From a virus, in IMG/VR virus record IMGVR_UViG_3300035179_000003, positions 16,023 to 80,022 of that record: a stretch of 64,000 nucleotides of DNA; one strand, 5' to 3'. The translations under genes were made by a program, and so were the position numbers. Shown piece after piece: positions 21,020 to 30,787 of this stretch. The notes beneath the pieces were generated by a model. That model was not told the origin of the DNA. It saw nothing but the letters and a program-made list of their open reading frames with translations, and made no database searches. Position 1 is the first letter of the stretch. Every line of letters starts with the position of its first letter.

Positions 21020-23099
21020 TAATCATTTCAAGAAGATCCGCGTCAAGATTTATTCCGCTTTGTCTTCTAAAATAATTAAACTCTTCCCATCCGCTGAATT
21101 TTTTCATTGAAACATTGCGGGCTATAATATCGAATTTTTCCAGTTTATCATCAGTGTCATAAATAGTATCGATTGGGGCGTCAAGATATGCTTTATAATA
21201 AACGCCGGATTCAAGCAATAGATAAAGAAATTTATGTGTCGGCCACAATAAATGAACATATCCTGCGTTTACATTTTCATGAACAAATGGAATATAATCA
21301 TTATATTGTGATCCGCAAATAATCAGAGTAGCAATTTCACTATCCTGAATCACATCTAATACATGATAAATACCATCTATTTCCGATCCATAAACAAGGA
21401 TTTCCGGATATCTGTTTTTTGCATGCATTATATCAATCATATGTTCCAGATATCCTATTTTATTACTATTAAAATAACCCATACGTTGATCGCTGTATAC
21501 GGAAATACTTTCTTGATAAAAACTAATAATCTTATTTTTATTTACCAGTTTTAAATATAATAAATCACCAATCGACAATCCTGAAGAATCTTCCAACCTA
21601 ATAATACCATTAAGACGATCGACTACTTCAAGAATTTTTACATGACCAATCGATTCATTCATCATTTCACAGCCCTCGGCCGCAAAAGGACTGAGTTTAT
21701 TTATTATATCTAAAGTAATATTATTACCATCAATAACGGTTATTTTATAACCATATGATTCATACAATCCTATTACTTTACATTTTTCAGGAGAAATCGG
21801 AAGGCCATAATAAACGTTTAAAGCCTTTTCCATGTCATCAAGATTTTGATTAAATTTCATCAAACCATGAATTGCGGCTTTTCCGGATATATTATTATAA
21901 TTATATTCTTTCCATCGATTAATATCGACCAACGCTCCATACATTTCATACATATAATCTTCAATAATAGGAGTCGTTTTACAATAGAACGTATCCTCTA
22001 TTTCAATATCGTTAAATAATTCAAGCGTATTATTATAAAATATAAAATCCTGATCTTTAATAAGCGTTATGCCATCTTCCGATTTATCGATATAATTACT
22101 GATTTCAAGAATATCGACAACATTTTCATCTATTTTATAAACTTTTGCATTTGTTAAATAAAAATTAAATGGGTTGTTTTCGAGGTAAGCAAGGCTTCCA
22201 TTGATTTTTATCATATATTTTAATTTATCATAAGTATAATATCCATTATCTTCCGTTCCATTGAACGAATTATACCCCTCATACCAATTCCATGTTTTTA
22301 TTTCAGGCGGATAAAATCTTTCGTTTGCTTCTTCAAATTCAATAAATTCCGGAAGTTCACTGAAGATATAAGCATTATTTGGATATGTATCGATAGCATA
22401 ATTTAAAATAGGAACATTCGGTTGTGTGCTTTTACTATATAATTTTCCCCATTTACCGGTTTTTGAATTTGCCAGTGTAATAATATCATTAACGGTATCG
22501 CCAGGATCAACAATAATTTCAATACCGTCATCATGCCACGTTACTTCGGATATGGTCCCTTGTTGAATAAATATTTTAAAATCAGAAGCGTCCATTTGCG
22601 CTTTAATTCCGAATTTACCGATATCGTCTTGTGTAATTTTATTAATTGTCGAATTTATTTCTATAGAACAGGATGTTTCTTCCGGCTCTTCGGAGGACAT
22701 AAGCAGATTTATTTTAAAATATTTATTACCTATGACAATATACTGGTTTTCCCCAATCGATCTGATACGATAATAATCTTCAGGGGTAATTTCTATAAAA
22801 TCATAAAACAGCCCATTGATCGGTTCCAAAACGACGGTTCCAAGAGGTTTTATTATATTATTCGAATTAATATCAGTAGGATCGAGATCGGTTGGCTTTG
22901 AATATAATGGACCAATTTTTATATCATAATAATCCGTAATATCATGTTGATTAATTAAGGCAGTAACATTTACGAATCTCCCTACCTTAACGATAAGATC
23001 GGATGACATTTTACCAAGGCCATTCCAGAAATTTTCCCAAATGTCAACATCTTTATCGGATAGATAATTCCAGAAAGTAGATAAATAATTCCAGAACAC
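20949..23099 (-). CDS. Putative baseplate wedge protein
   Basis: 716 aa, follows the baseplate-J-like gene; FWNYLS.FW N-terminus; ALNVYYGLP. Confidence 0.5.
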   Translation of the reverse strand: MFWNYLSTFWNYLSDKDVDIWENFWNGLGKMSSDLIVKVGRFVNVTALINQHDITDYYDIKIGPLYSKPTDLDPTDINSNNIIKPLGTVVLEPINGLFYDFIEITPEDYYRIRSIGENQYIVIGNKYFKINLLMSSEEPEETSCSIEINSTINKITQDDIGKFGIKAQMDASDFKIFIQQGTISEVTWHDDGIEIIVDPGDTVNDIITLANSKTGKWGKLYSKSTQPNVPILNYAIDTYPNNAYIFSELPEFIEFEEANERFYPPEIKTWNWYEGYNSFNGTEDNGYYTYDKLKYMIKINGSLAYLENNPFNFYLTNAKVYKIDENVVDILEISNYIDKSEDGITLIKDQDFIFYNNTLELFNDIEIEDTFYCKTTPIIEDYMYEMYGALVDINRWKEYNYNNISGKAAIHGLMKFNQNLDDMEKALNVYYGLPISPEKCKVIGLYESYGYKITVIDGNNITLDIINKLSPFAAEGCEMMNESIGHVKILEVVDRLNGIIRLEDSSGLSIGDLLYLKLVNKNKIISFYQESISVYSDQRMGYFNSNKIGYLEHMIDIMHAKNRYPEILVYGSEIDGIYHVLDVIQDSEIATLIICGSQYNDYIPFVHENVNAGYVHLLWPTHKFLYLLLESGVYYKAYLDAPIDTIYDTDDKLEKFDIIARNVSMKKFSGWEEFNYFRRQSGINLDADLLEMISAIPGAEFGKYFPSEQSQTKYYI

Positions 23100-23107
23100 G
23101 CGGCTCC

Positions 23108-26041
23108 TTACAATTTTTGAACTGATAGACTGTCTATGTTAAAAAAATCAATATCACGTATTTTAAGCGTATCATTAAATGTTCCGGCAATCTCTTCACC
23201 ATTATCGTCAAATCTACGATATGATATTTCAATAGGAGTTTTTATGTTATTTACCAAATTATTATTATAAAAATATGAAATCATATTATTAATTGAAAAT
23301 GTACCGTCAATATTCTGATCTACATATTTTTTAATTTCATCCGCTATTTCATTAATTGTTTTTGATCCAGTAAAATAAAAAGTAAAGCTGAGAAAACACG
23401 GAAATTTATGTTTTATTAAAACGCTTCCGTATACCGTATCTTGAAAAAATTGTTGAATAATTGAAATTTCAGGATAAAGAATATATTCAACATTAATAAT
23501 CGTTGCAGTAGAATTATTTAACACTATTCTTTTCTTTTCCAGATATGATCCAACGATATTCGGATCCGGATCTATAATGGTGTAATCTGAATCGGAAAGA
23601 ACCTCGCCATTTAATGTAACCGACAATATTTTAAAAACTGGACCATCGATTTCAAAATAAGAACCGCTAGTGGCCACGGATACGACAATCGATTTATACT
23701 CTTCAATATTTTTAATGGTCGAAACGTATAAATCAGATTTTGTATTTGAATGATAAGTATCGACATTATCACTTTGTAATTTTAAATATTCAACCCTTAA
23801 AAGGGAATAAATATCATCATTGATATTTCCATTATACCGGATACTTGCCTGAGATCTTCCTGAAGCAGCGATAAGAAAATAAACATAATTCTCATTTACA
23901 CGATAGCGGTTAAGGTTTCCCAATCTATGACTCAATAAACCGGTAACCGAAGTTTTTGATCCATCCGGATTGGTCATTCCACTCAGTTCAGACCATCCAC
24001 CACGAGTAAGCTCGGAATTAACTGGAGAAGAAACAAATTGTGCTTCTTTATCCCATATAAAAGCCTGGTATCCATCATTTAAACCATTATTTAACGATCC
24101 CCGACCATACGATCTTAAAAAGGCAATCACCGGATCTTCAAGATCTTTAACATACAAAGCAAACAACGCTATTGCGCGCGCGGGATTAATATCAAACGCT
24201 TTTAATCCGATTACTTTCCATATATCGGTCTTTTTCGGTGATTTGGTATCAAGAGATACTTTCATCATTGTTCCATACCTGGTCGATGCCACCGCAAGGA
24301 TCCCTCCGCGACTTTTATCGGAAAAAATCGATAATATTTTTCCAGGAAGTTGAAAATGAAGTTCGTTTTCCAACTCATCAGGATCATTAAATATTTTGGC
24401 GCTGGTTTTATTTAAATATAAAGTAATTCGTAAATCATCATATAAAATAAATTCAAATTCATATTCAATTCCTGGCTGAATTCTGAAATGGCGTTCCGCG
24501 AGAGCGCCCATTCCTGTAATTGAAACATGGTCAATGATATCCTGATCCGTCGCAAATACCTGAGCAGTTCCATATTTTTCAGAATGAGCCATATATACAA
24601 CGCCATTTAAAGTGGTTTCATCATAACCTTTGGTAACCATAATACCAAATCCTATACCGGTATAGCCATCAACTATATAATTATTAACTCCACCTAACAT
24701 AATCTGTAATTTACTGTCTTTATTTTCATCAGTAAACGCCGGCCAGATGAATGAGCCGGTTAATTTTATTCCAGTTCTTTTTAATATATCTTTACCGGCA
24801 ACGATCGGGTTTGTACATCCTCCGGCAAGATTAATGGTATCATTTAAAAAATTTAAAACATCAGTTGACGATATTCCGCTTAAAAGATTAGCAAACCCAC
24901 CATTTTTAGAACCATTCGTTCCATATTTCCAATTCTCATTTGGAACCTGTATTGCCGTAAATCCAATATTTTCATTTAAAATATTAAATAAATCCGAAGT
25001 CTTAACCTCCATATACCTTTTATAATCATTAAAATATAACCCCCGATACATATCATTATCCGACTCCTGATCCAGTGGAAAACCATAGAATGCCGCATCG
25101 CTTGCCTGTATATTTGGACTATCTGGATTAAATACGGTTGTAGATGGATCAATGGTTAAAGGTATCGGATACACAGAATAAGATGAATGTGGACCCCAAT
25201 AGGTGTCTGATTGAAAACTACCAGGATTTGGCGGGAAAATTCCCCAATAAGCTATGTGCTTTACAATTCCATCACCAGTAAGTTTTCCCAAATAATCGGC
25301 TTTTCTAATCTGTTTTGACAAATCGGTTGCCGTTACCAAATCACGTACCATATATTGGTCGCCTGCACCAGCGGCATATATAGAATCAATATTCGTAAAT
25401 ACTGATTTTAAAATATTAAACAGACTCCGTTTATTTACTAAACTTCTATCATTAAGGGAATATCTAAGCCTAGAATAATATTGATCGTTATTTTCATGAA
25501 TGGATCCACCGACTGTATCTTCCGGATTGGTTGCAAATTTATAAACAAAATCAATATTTGTTAATTGAGAAATGGTATTTTTCTCTGCGACATATTCATT
25601 CCCAGGACTGACGGCAATAATATAAATATCGATACAATACAATGCCGATGAATCATCGGAATTTTTAAATGAATTTTTACTTATAAATGACGGTATTGAC
25701 GCTTTATATTGTAATCCACCGTTTGACACTGCCCGAAAATTTTCCGTTATTGTTAAATTTTTTTTCTCATCAAAATAAACACGAACATATGTCGAGACTA
25801 AAGAACCGGCTATTCTTTCATTAAAAAATTTATTACCAAAAAAATCAAGCTCTTCTTCGCTCATGTTTTTATATTCATCGATATTATTAATTTTTCGTTG
25901 TTCCACTAAGGAATTATAAAAATCCCTCATTAAAAGAGCGGAAGGTTTAACCGCAAGATCGTCAAGTACCGTTCCTTTTCTTCCGCTTGATTTTGAATAT
26001 TCCGCCCATTTTTTGCGTATAAAAGCGTAAAAATCAAACAT
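23108..26041 (-). CDS. Baseplate J-like wedge protein (977 aa)
   Basis: GTVLDDLAVKP, LDFFGNKFF.ER..G, A..PG.EY, TNP.DTVGG..E motifs typical of gpJ/gp6-like proteins. Confidence 0.7.
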   Translation of the reverse strand: MFDFYAFIRKKWAEYSKSSGRKGTVLDDLAVKPSALLMRDFYNSLVEQRKINNIDEYKNMSEEELDFFGNKFFNERIAGSLVSTYVRVYFDEKKNLTITENFRAVSNGGLQYKASIPSFISKNSFKNSDDSSALYCIDIYIIAVSPGNEYVAEKNTISQLTNIDFVYKFATNPEDTVGGSIHENNDQYYSRLRYSLNDRSLVNKRSLFNILKSVFTNIDSIYAAGAGDQYMVRDLVTATDLSKQIRKADYLGKLTGDGIVKHIAYWGIFPPNPGSFQSDTYWGPHSSYSVYPIPLTIDPSTTVFNPDSPNIQASDAAFYGFPLDQESDNDMYRGLYFNDYKRYMEVKTSDLFNILNENIGFTAIQVPNENWKYGTNGSKNGGFANLLSGISSTDVLNFLNDTINLAGGCTNPIVAGKDILKRTGIKLTGSFIWPAFTDENKDSKLQIMLGGVNNYIVDGYTGIGFGIMVTKGYDETTLNGVVYMAHSEKYGTAQVFATDQDIIDHVSITGMGALAERHFRIQPGIEYEFEFILYDDLRITLYLNKTSAKIFNDPDELENELHFQLPGKILSIFSDKSRGGILAVASTRYGTMMKVSLDTKSPKKTDIWKVIGLKAFDINPARAIALFALYVKDLEDPVIAFLRSYGRGSLNNGLNDGYQAFIWDKEAQFVSSPVNSELTRGGWSELSGMTNPDGSKTSVTGLLSHRLGNLNRYRVNENYVYFLIAASGRSQASIRYNGNINDDIYSLLRVEYLKLQSDNVDTYHSNTKSDLYVSTIKNIEEYKSIVVSVATSGSYFEIDGPVFKILSVTLNGEVLSDSDYTIIDPDPNIVGSYLEKKRIVLNNSTATIINVEYILYPEISIIQQFFQDTVYGSVLIKHKFPCFLSFTFYFTGSKTINEIADEIKKYVDQNIDGTFSINNMISYFYNNNLVNNIKTPIEISYRRFDDNGEEIAGTFNDTLKIRDIDFFNIDSLSVQKL

Positions 26042-26046
26042 GATTT

Positions 26047-26493
26047 TTATCCTTTTTTAATAATAGGAAGACGCCATATTAAATCCGTATAAGCCTCGAC
26101 TTCTATCGGATAAATCCGTATAGTGGCATAAACGGTATAATTAATAATATCAACACTGACAAGTTCAGCTTTTTCAATTTTTTCCGTTTTGGGAGTAAAT
26201 TCGGTCTCATCGCTCTGCATACTTTTAACGGTTTCATTGATGGTAATAATCAGAGCCGCGGAAAGACTTTGGGAGTCTAAAAATACATTTTGTTTATTAA
26301 TAATCTTTTCCGCATCGCCGCCGTATGAATCGATAATGACTTCTTTATTATAAACAAATTGACGTTTCTTTGTTAAAAAAGTGATTTCAAATATATTCAA
26401 AAGAAGCCTATTTCCATAAACTTCTTGGGGGTTATCGCCAATGGTAACCGAGAAATCTTGTGTTAAATCAGTAATAAGATCAATATCGCTCAT
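26047..26493 (-). CDS. gp25/gpW-like baseplate protein
   Basis: 148 aa, FLT...YGG motif, immediately upstream of the baseplate-J-like gene. Confidence 0.55.
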   Translation of the reverse strand: MSDIDLITDLTQDFSVTIGDNPQEVYGNRLLLNIFEITFLTKKRQFVYNKEVIIDSYGGDAEKIINKQNVFLDSQSLSAALIITINETVKSMQSDETEFTPKTEKIEKAELVSVDIINYTVYATIRIYPIEVEAYTDLIWRLPIIKKG

Positions 26494-26495
26494 AG

Positions 26496-26505
26496 TATAA
26501 ATATA
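26496..26505 (-). promoter_or_regulatory. Putative structural-operon promoter TATATTTATA (also 29709-29718 and 48634-48643)
   Basis: Same 10-mer lies just upstream of three minus-strand operon starts. Confidence 0.5.
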
Positions 26506-26554
26506 ATATTAATTCACATTAATTATATTATTTTATAGAAGAATGTGATTATTT

Positions 26555-27697
26555 ATGATACAAAAGAAATCCTACAAATTCCGCATTTATCCCAATAATG
26601 CCCAAAAAGTCTTACTATCTAAAACTTTCGGATGTGTTCGATATATCTGGAATCAATTTGTAGAATCATTCAATAAAAAAGAAAATCCTAAATCTACTAC
26701 TATTTTTAGAAAAGAAATAGAATGGTTAAAAGAAGTATCTTCTGCGGCTATTCAACAAAAAGAAATTGATTTTAAAGAATTTAAAAATCAGTTTTTCTCT
26801 AAAAAGAGAAAGAAAAAAATAGGAAAGCCTTCTTTTAAAAAGAAATTTGAAAAACAATCTTATCGATTACCTAATCAGAAATTTATCTTAAAAAATAATA
26901 AGATCAGACTTGAAAAGATAGGATGGATAAAAATCATTCTTGATCGAGAAATTCCTTCTTGTAAATTTTTATCAGTTACTATTTCAAAAGATAAAGTTGG
27001 AGATTATTATGCCTCAATCTTAGTTGAAGAGAATGTCCAAGAACTACCTAAAACAAATAAAATAGTAGGAATAGATTTAGGAATACAAGATCTTATTACT
27101 ACTTCAGATGGATTACAGATAAAAATGTTTGATGAAAGTGAGAACCAAGCTAAAATTAAGCATTTATCCGGACATCTATCAAGGAAGAAAATAGGATCTT
27201 TGAGATTTAATAAGACAAAGATTAAGATAGCTAAAATCTATCGTAAAATAGCAAGAAAGAGAGAATGGTTACATCATAATATTTCTTCTTATCTTGTAAA
27301 AAATTATGATAAGATTATAATAGAAGATCTTAATATTTCCGGAATGATGAAAAACCATAATTTAGCAGGATCTATTCAAAAACAGGGATGGTTTACTTTA
27401 GGAAAACAGATTGATTATAAGTCAAGATGGTATGGTAGAAAATTAACTAAGATAAATCGATTTTATCCTTCTTCTAAATTGTGTTCATTATGTGGTAGAA
27501 TAAAAAAAGATCTAAAATTGTCAGAAAGATTTTATATTTGTAAATGTGGAAACAATATTAATAGAGACTTAAATGCATCTCTAAATATTCTATCTTCAGG
27601 AGTTACTGAAGATTATCGATCATTGATGGAAAGTAAGACTTTTAATAATCAGGAGACATTAAAAGCAATTCCAGATGAAATGATTAACTTTTTATAA
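26555..27697 (+). CDS. tnpB: TnpB RNA-guided endonuclease (solo, AT-rich)
   Basis: YKFRIYP/FGCVRYIWN N-terminus; RuvC GIDLG, IEDL, NRDLNA; Zn finger CSLC..CKC. Confidence 0.92.
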   Translation: MIQKKSYKFRIYPNNAQKVLLSKTFGCVRYIWNQFVESFNKKENPKSTTIFRKEIEWLKEVSSAAIQQKEIDFKEFKNQFFSKKRKKKIGKPSFKKKFEKQSYRLPNQKFILKNNKIRLEKIGWIKIILDREIPSCKFLSVTISKDKVGDYYASILVEENVQELPKTNKIVGIDLGIQDLITTSDGLQIKMFDESENQAKIKHLSGHLSRKKIGSLRFNKTKIKIAKIYRKIARKREWLHHNISSYLVKNYDKIIIEDLNISGMMKNHNLAGSIQKQGWFTLGKQIDYKSRWYGRKLTKINRFYPSSKLCSLCGRIKKDLKLSERFYICKCGNNINRDLNASLNILSSGVTEDYRSLMESKTFNNQETLKAIPDEMINFL

Positions 27698-27722
27698 ATT
27701 TTTGTAGAAAGTGTAACTATAA

Positions 27723-29690
27723 CTAATCCGGTGGAGTAATAAAACTTTTTTCATCAATCAAATTTTGAACACTGAAATTCTGAGCATATTTTCTAGCGCC
27801 CATTCTATCAAATAGTTTTTCTTCCGTATCCTGAATGTATTCATTATTATATTGAGGAATGGAAACATCTTCCATAGACATGACAAATGTTTCGGCCACA
27901 GCCGGATCGCCATAAAGATCTTTATAATATTTACTACAATTTTTTAAAGTGGGTATTGATTCGTTGAATTTTCCGGCCCTAGTATTGGATATGATATTTT
28001 CAATTATATTTGCAACACTAAGGCCCTTTGCAAAAATATCTAATAAACCGGCGCTTGATAACATTCTTGTTAAATCACCGGCTTCTGATGTTTTATACGG
28101 CTGGTACGACTCGAGAACGTTTTTAACATAATTGTTATGATTAAAAAGTTGCCTGAATCGTGATTCCATCGTAGTAATTATGTTATATGCATTTTCTTTA
28201 TCGGACATTACGGTCGTAATTAAAGTAAAAGCATCCGCTATTAATTGGATATAAGGAGGCGTAGCCGAATATAATACATCAACAGTCCATACCCCAATCT
28301 TGGTATCCCAATCCGGTATATTATACAATTTATGAATAAATTCATCAAATTCCTGATTTGAGCTTTGTAAAACATCATCCGCATTTATCATATCGATAAG
28401 GCTTTGAGTAATGGTAGCGTGGAGCGTTTCATCGGCGATCCCGATGGTAGTATGACCAAGAATTATTTTTGACGCCATTTCAAAATTAGAATCTTTCACG
28501 GTAATTTTAGAAAACATATCCCTGGTAACTTCCAACAAGGTACTTGCCGAATCAAGCGGGCCGATTAATGTCGCACCAGCGGCATTTCCAGATCCTTTTA
28601 ATATAGAAACTATCTCATTAATCAAATTTTTTATTAAATTCCTGATGTTATATATTGTGTTACATAAATTATGATATTCAATATATTGTTCGTAAGCATT
28701 TTTCATATTTTCATATACATTACTGATTTCATCTCCCAGCAGCTTAATATCGAAGGAAAATTCCGATGCTATTCCACCAACCGCTTTTGCATAAGAACTT
28801 AAATTAACCGATGCGCTAGCGTTTGTTTCCAGTTCGGCTACATTCAATTTTTCTTTCCATTCGGTCTGTAAACCAGTGTTATAAGCATCATATTTATTTT
28901 TAATTATTTCTGTTTGAGTAATGCTTAATTTATCTGAAAATTGATTATTATACCAATGTTTAAGATCGGATGTTTTTGCTATATATATTTTATCAATCGC
29001 GGCTTTTTTCTCTTGAAAGACAAGATAACGTTCTTCTTCAACACGTTTAGTAACTTCTCCGATATCATCAATCAACGAATAGGGTTTTGTTATTTCATAA
29101 GCCTGCTGAATATTAAAATGAATTTTTTTATATGTCGATTCATTAAAAAAAGCATTATCGGCTCCAAGATCCCTTATCATATCGGCCAATAGATTGATCG
29201 CATTATTAAGATATGGAATAGCGTCTTTTATCTGTTTATAATATTCAGCATTTGATATTCTAAGAGCCCATTTCCCCAATATACCCATGACAATAGAAAT
29301 ACTTTTTTGAGCGCGGAATAAATAATAACGTTCATCATTGATAGCTTTTAAAGCGGCTTCATGTGGAATAGCAACCAGGGAAAATATTGCAGTTGGAAAC
29401 GATAATAATATTTTTAAAATCTGAGAAAGAATGGCTTCTACAAATGTTGACGCTATTCTTGATATTGGTCCAATCAATGATTCGGCGACCGACGCCGCAA
29501 GGGATCCTATAGCCGATACGGCTTCAGCGCCTATAATATCGAGAAGGCTTATAAAACCAAATTTTTTTTTAGCCCTTTCACCGGCATAGGTATTAACCCG
29601 TAATCTATTCTCTTCAATTTTTTTAAGAATGGTATAAATTTTATTATGAAGAGTTAAAAGAATTTCACATGCTTGTCTCGGAGGAGCCAT
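27723..29690 (-). CDS. Hypothetical alpha-helical virion protein (655 aa)
   Basis: Long ORF, RBS AAAGGA, first gene of a minus-strand operon. Confidence 0.65.
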   Translation of the reverse strand: MAPPRQACEILLTLHNKIYTILKKIEENRLRVNTYAGERAKKKFGFISLLDIIGAEAVSAIGSLAASVAESLIGPISRIASTFVEAILSQILKILLSFPTAIFSLVAIPHEAALKAINDERYYLFRAQKSISIVMGILGKWALRISNAEYYKQIKDAIPYLNNAINLLADMIRDLGADNAFFNESTYKKIHFNIQQAYEITKPYSLIDDIGEVTKRVEEERYLVFQEKKAAIDKIYIAKTSDLKHWYNNQFSDKLSITQTEIIKNKYDAYNTGLQTEWKEKLNVAELETNASASVNLSSYAKAVGGIASEFSFDIKLLGDEISNVYENMKNAYEQYIEYHNLCNTIYNIRNLIKNLINEIVSILKGSGNAAGATLIGPLDSASTLLEVTRDMFSKITVKDSNFEMASKIILGHTTIGIADETLHATITQSLIDMINADDVLQSSNQEFDEFIHKLYNIPDWDTKIGVWTVDVLYSATPPYIQLIADAFTLITTVMSDKENAYNIITTMESRFRQLFNHNNYVKNVLESYQPYKTSEAGDLTRMLSSAGLLDIFAKGLSVANIIENIISNTRAGKFNESIPTLKNCSKYYKDLYGDPAVAETFVMSMEDVSIPQYNNEYIQDTEEKLFDRMGARKYAQNFSVQNLIDEKSFITPPD

Positions 29691-29718
29691 TATTGTTCCT
29701 TTCTATTATATAAATATA

Positions 29719-29746
29719 GTTAAAAAATCATAAAATCTGGTATAAT
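29719..29746 (+). promoter_or_regulatory. Phage promoter GTTA-N18-TATAAT (also 48644-48671, 56192-56219, 60884-60911)
   Basis: Four copies with identical spacing ahead of plus-strand units. Confidence 0.65.
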
Positions 29747-29776
29747 AATAATGAACAAACTCAATAGGAGGATATA

Positions 29777-30130
29777 ATGAAAATTTTAAATAAAGAAAAT
29801 TTCGACTGGGCAATAGAAACGGCCATTCGAAATAATAAATTAGAAGATATCGGATTCTATACCTTATCTGATTCTCGTGCATTGCAGTCAAGCGAACACT
29901 CTCCGCTGTGGCGTTGCGAGTTGATCTTGACAGATCGATGCAATTTCAAGTGTCCGTATTGTCGTGGACTACGGAATGATATTTTGGGGGAAATGCCTTA
30001 CGAAAACGCGTTGTCAATAGTTAATCAGTGGATTAATGAAGGGTTGCAAAATGTTCGATTTTCTGGTGGGGAACCAACTTTTATGGAAGGAAAATGTCAT
30101 GATAAAATGGAAAAATCTTCAAAAGGGTGA
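29777..30130 (+). pseudogene. Truncated radical SAM protein (N-terminal part only)
   Basis: CNFKCPYC and FSGGEP motifs, then the frame ends after about 15 unrelated codons. Confidence 0.7.
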
Positions 30131-30485
30131 TATGAAAATTATTCATGAAATAGCAATTCGTGCCAATGGATTAACGAAAGTGTCAATAAAAGAATATGAC
30201 ATGGACATCGCGGCATGTCATATATCCGGCAATCCATTAAATTTGGAGGGATTGCTTTTGGCGGATGATTATAATTTTTTCCATGATGTTTGGGGAATTC
30301 ATGAAAATATAGACAAGGAAACAGGGGTGTTAAAAAATTTGTTTTATCCAAGATATTCAAACAACGCATGTCCCAAAAAACGTGCATTTGGATATTGCTT
30401 CAATCTATTTGATGACTGCCCCAATTGTCCGGAACCGTATTTTTCCGCTTGTCGGAATGTTAAAGAGCAGGAAAATGTGGTATAA
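30099..30485 (+). CDS. DUF6874-like phage protein with Cys-rich tail
   Basis: MDIAACH..GNPL.L..LL.ADDYNFFHDV.GI...ID.ETG; RBS AAGGA before ATG 30099. Confidence 0.55.
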   Translation: MIKWKNLQKGDMKIIHEIAIRANGLTKVSIKEYDMDIAACHISGNPLNLEGLLLADDYNFFHDVWGIHENIDKETGVLKNLFYPRYSNNACPKKRAFGYCFNLFDDCPNCPEPYFSACRNVKEQENVV

Positions 30486-30585
30486 CAAATATGTAATAAT
30501 TAATCTTTCTAAGGTTGCCATGCCACACATAAACAACGGCCTGGACGCAGGATTAGGGCAGTGTGTGGCACAAGCAACCGCATTA

Positions 30586-30748
30586 GCAGTAGAAATTCAA
30601 AAATATATACTTAAGCACAGTTGGTCGAAATTTTCCCTGGCTATTATTGGAAACCAGAACACAGGAAAACATCGACGAGCGTTGGAGGCATTGTCCGGAA
30701 CAAGGGGAACCAGCCTTATCAACTACGTGTATTGAGAATTTCTACTGT
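30586..30748 (+). ncRNA. Putative stem-bracketed structured RNA
   Basis: CAGTAGAAATTC/GAATTTCTACTG terminal inverted repeat; nested GTCGA/TCGAC, TTTTCC/GGAAAA and CTGG/CCAG stems. Confidence 0.45.
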
Positions 30749-30787
30749 ATTTTTATAATTAATAAAATAAGGAAAAAAAGGAGTTTT

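Noticed and set aside
5896-29192. Short alternative-frame and antisense ORFs inside the structural genes
   Set aside because: Fully nested in long coherent ORFs and lacking RBS or motif support
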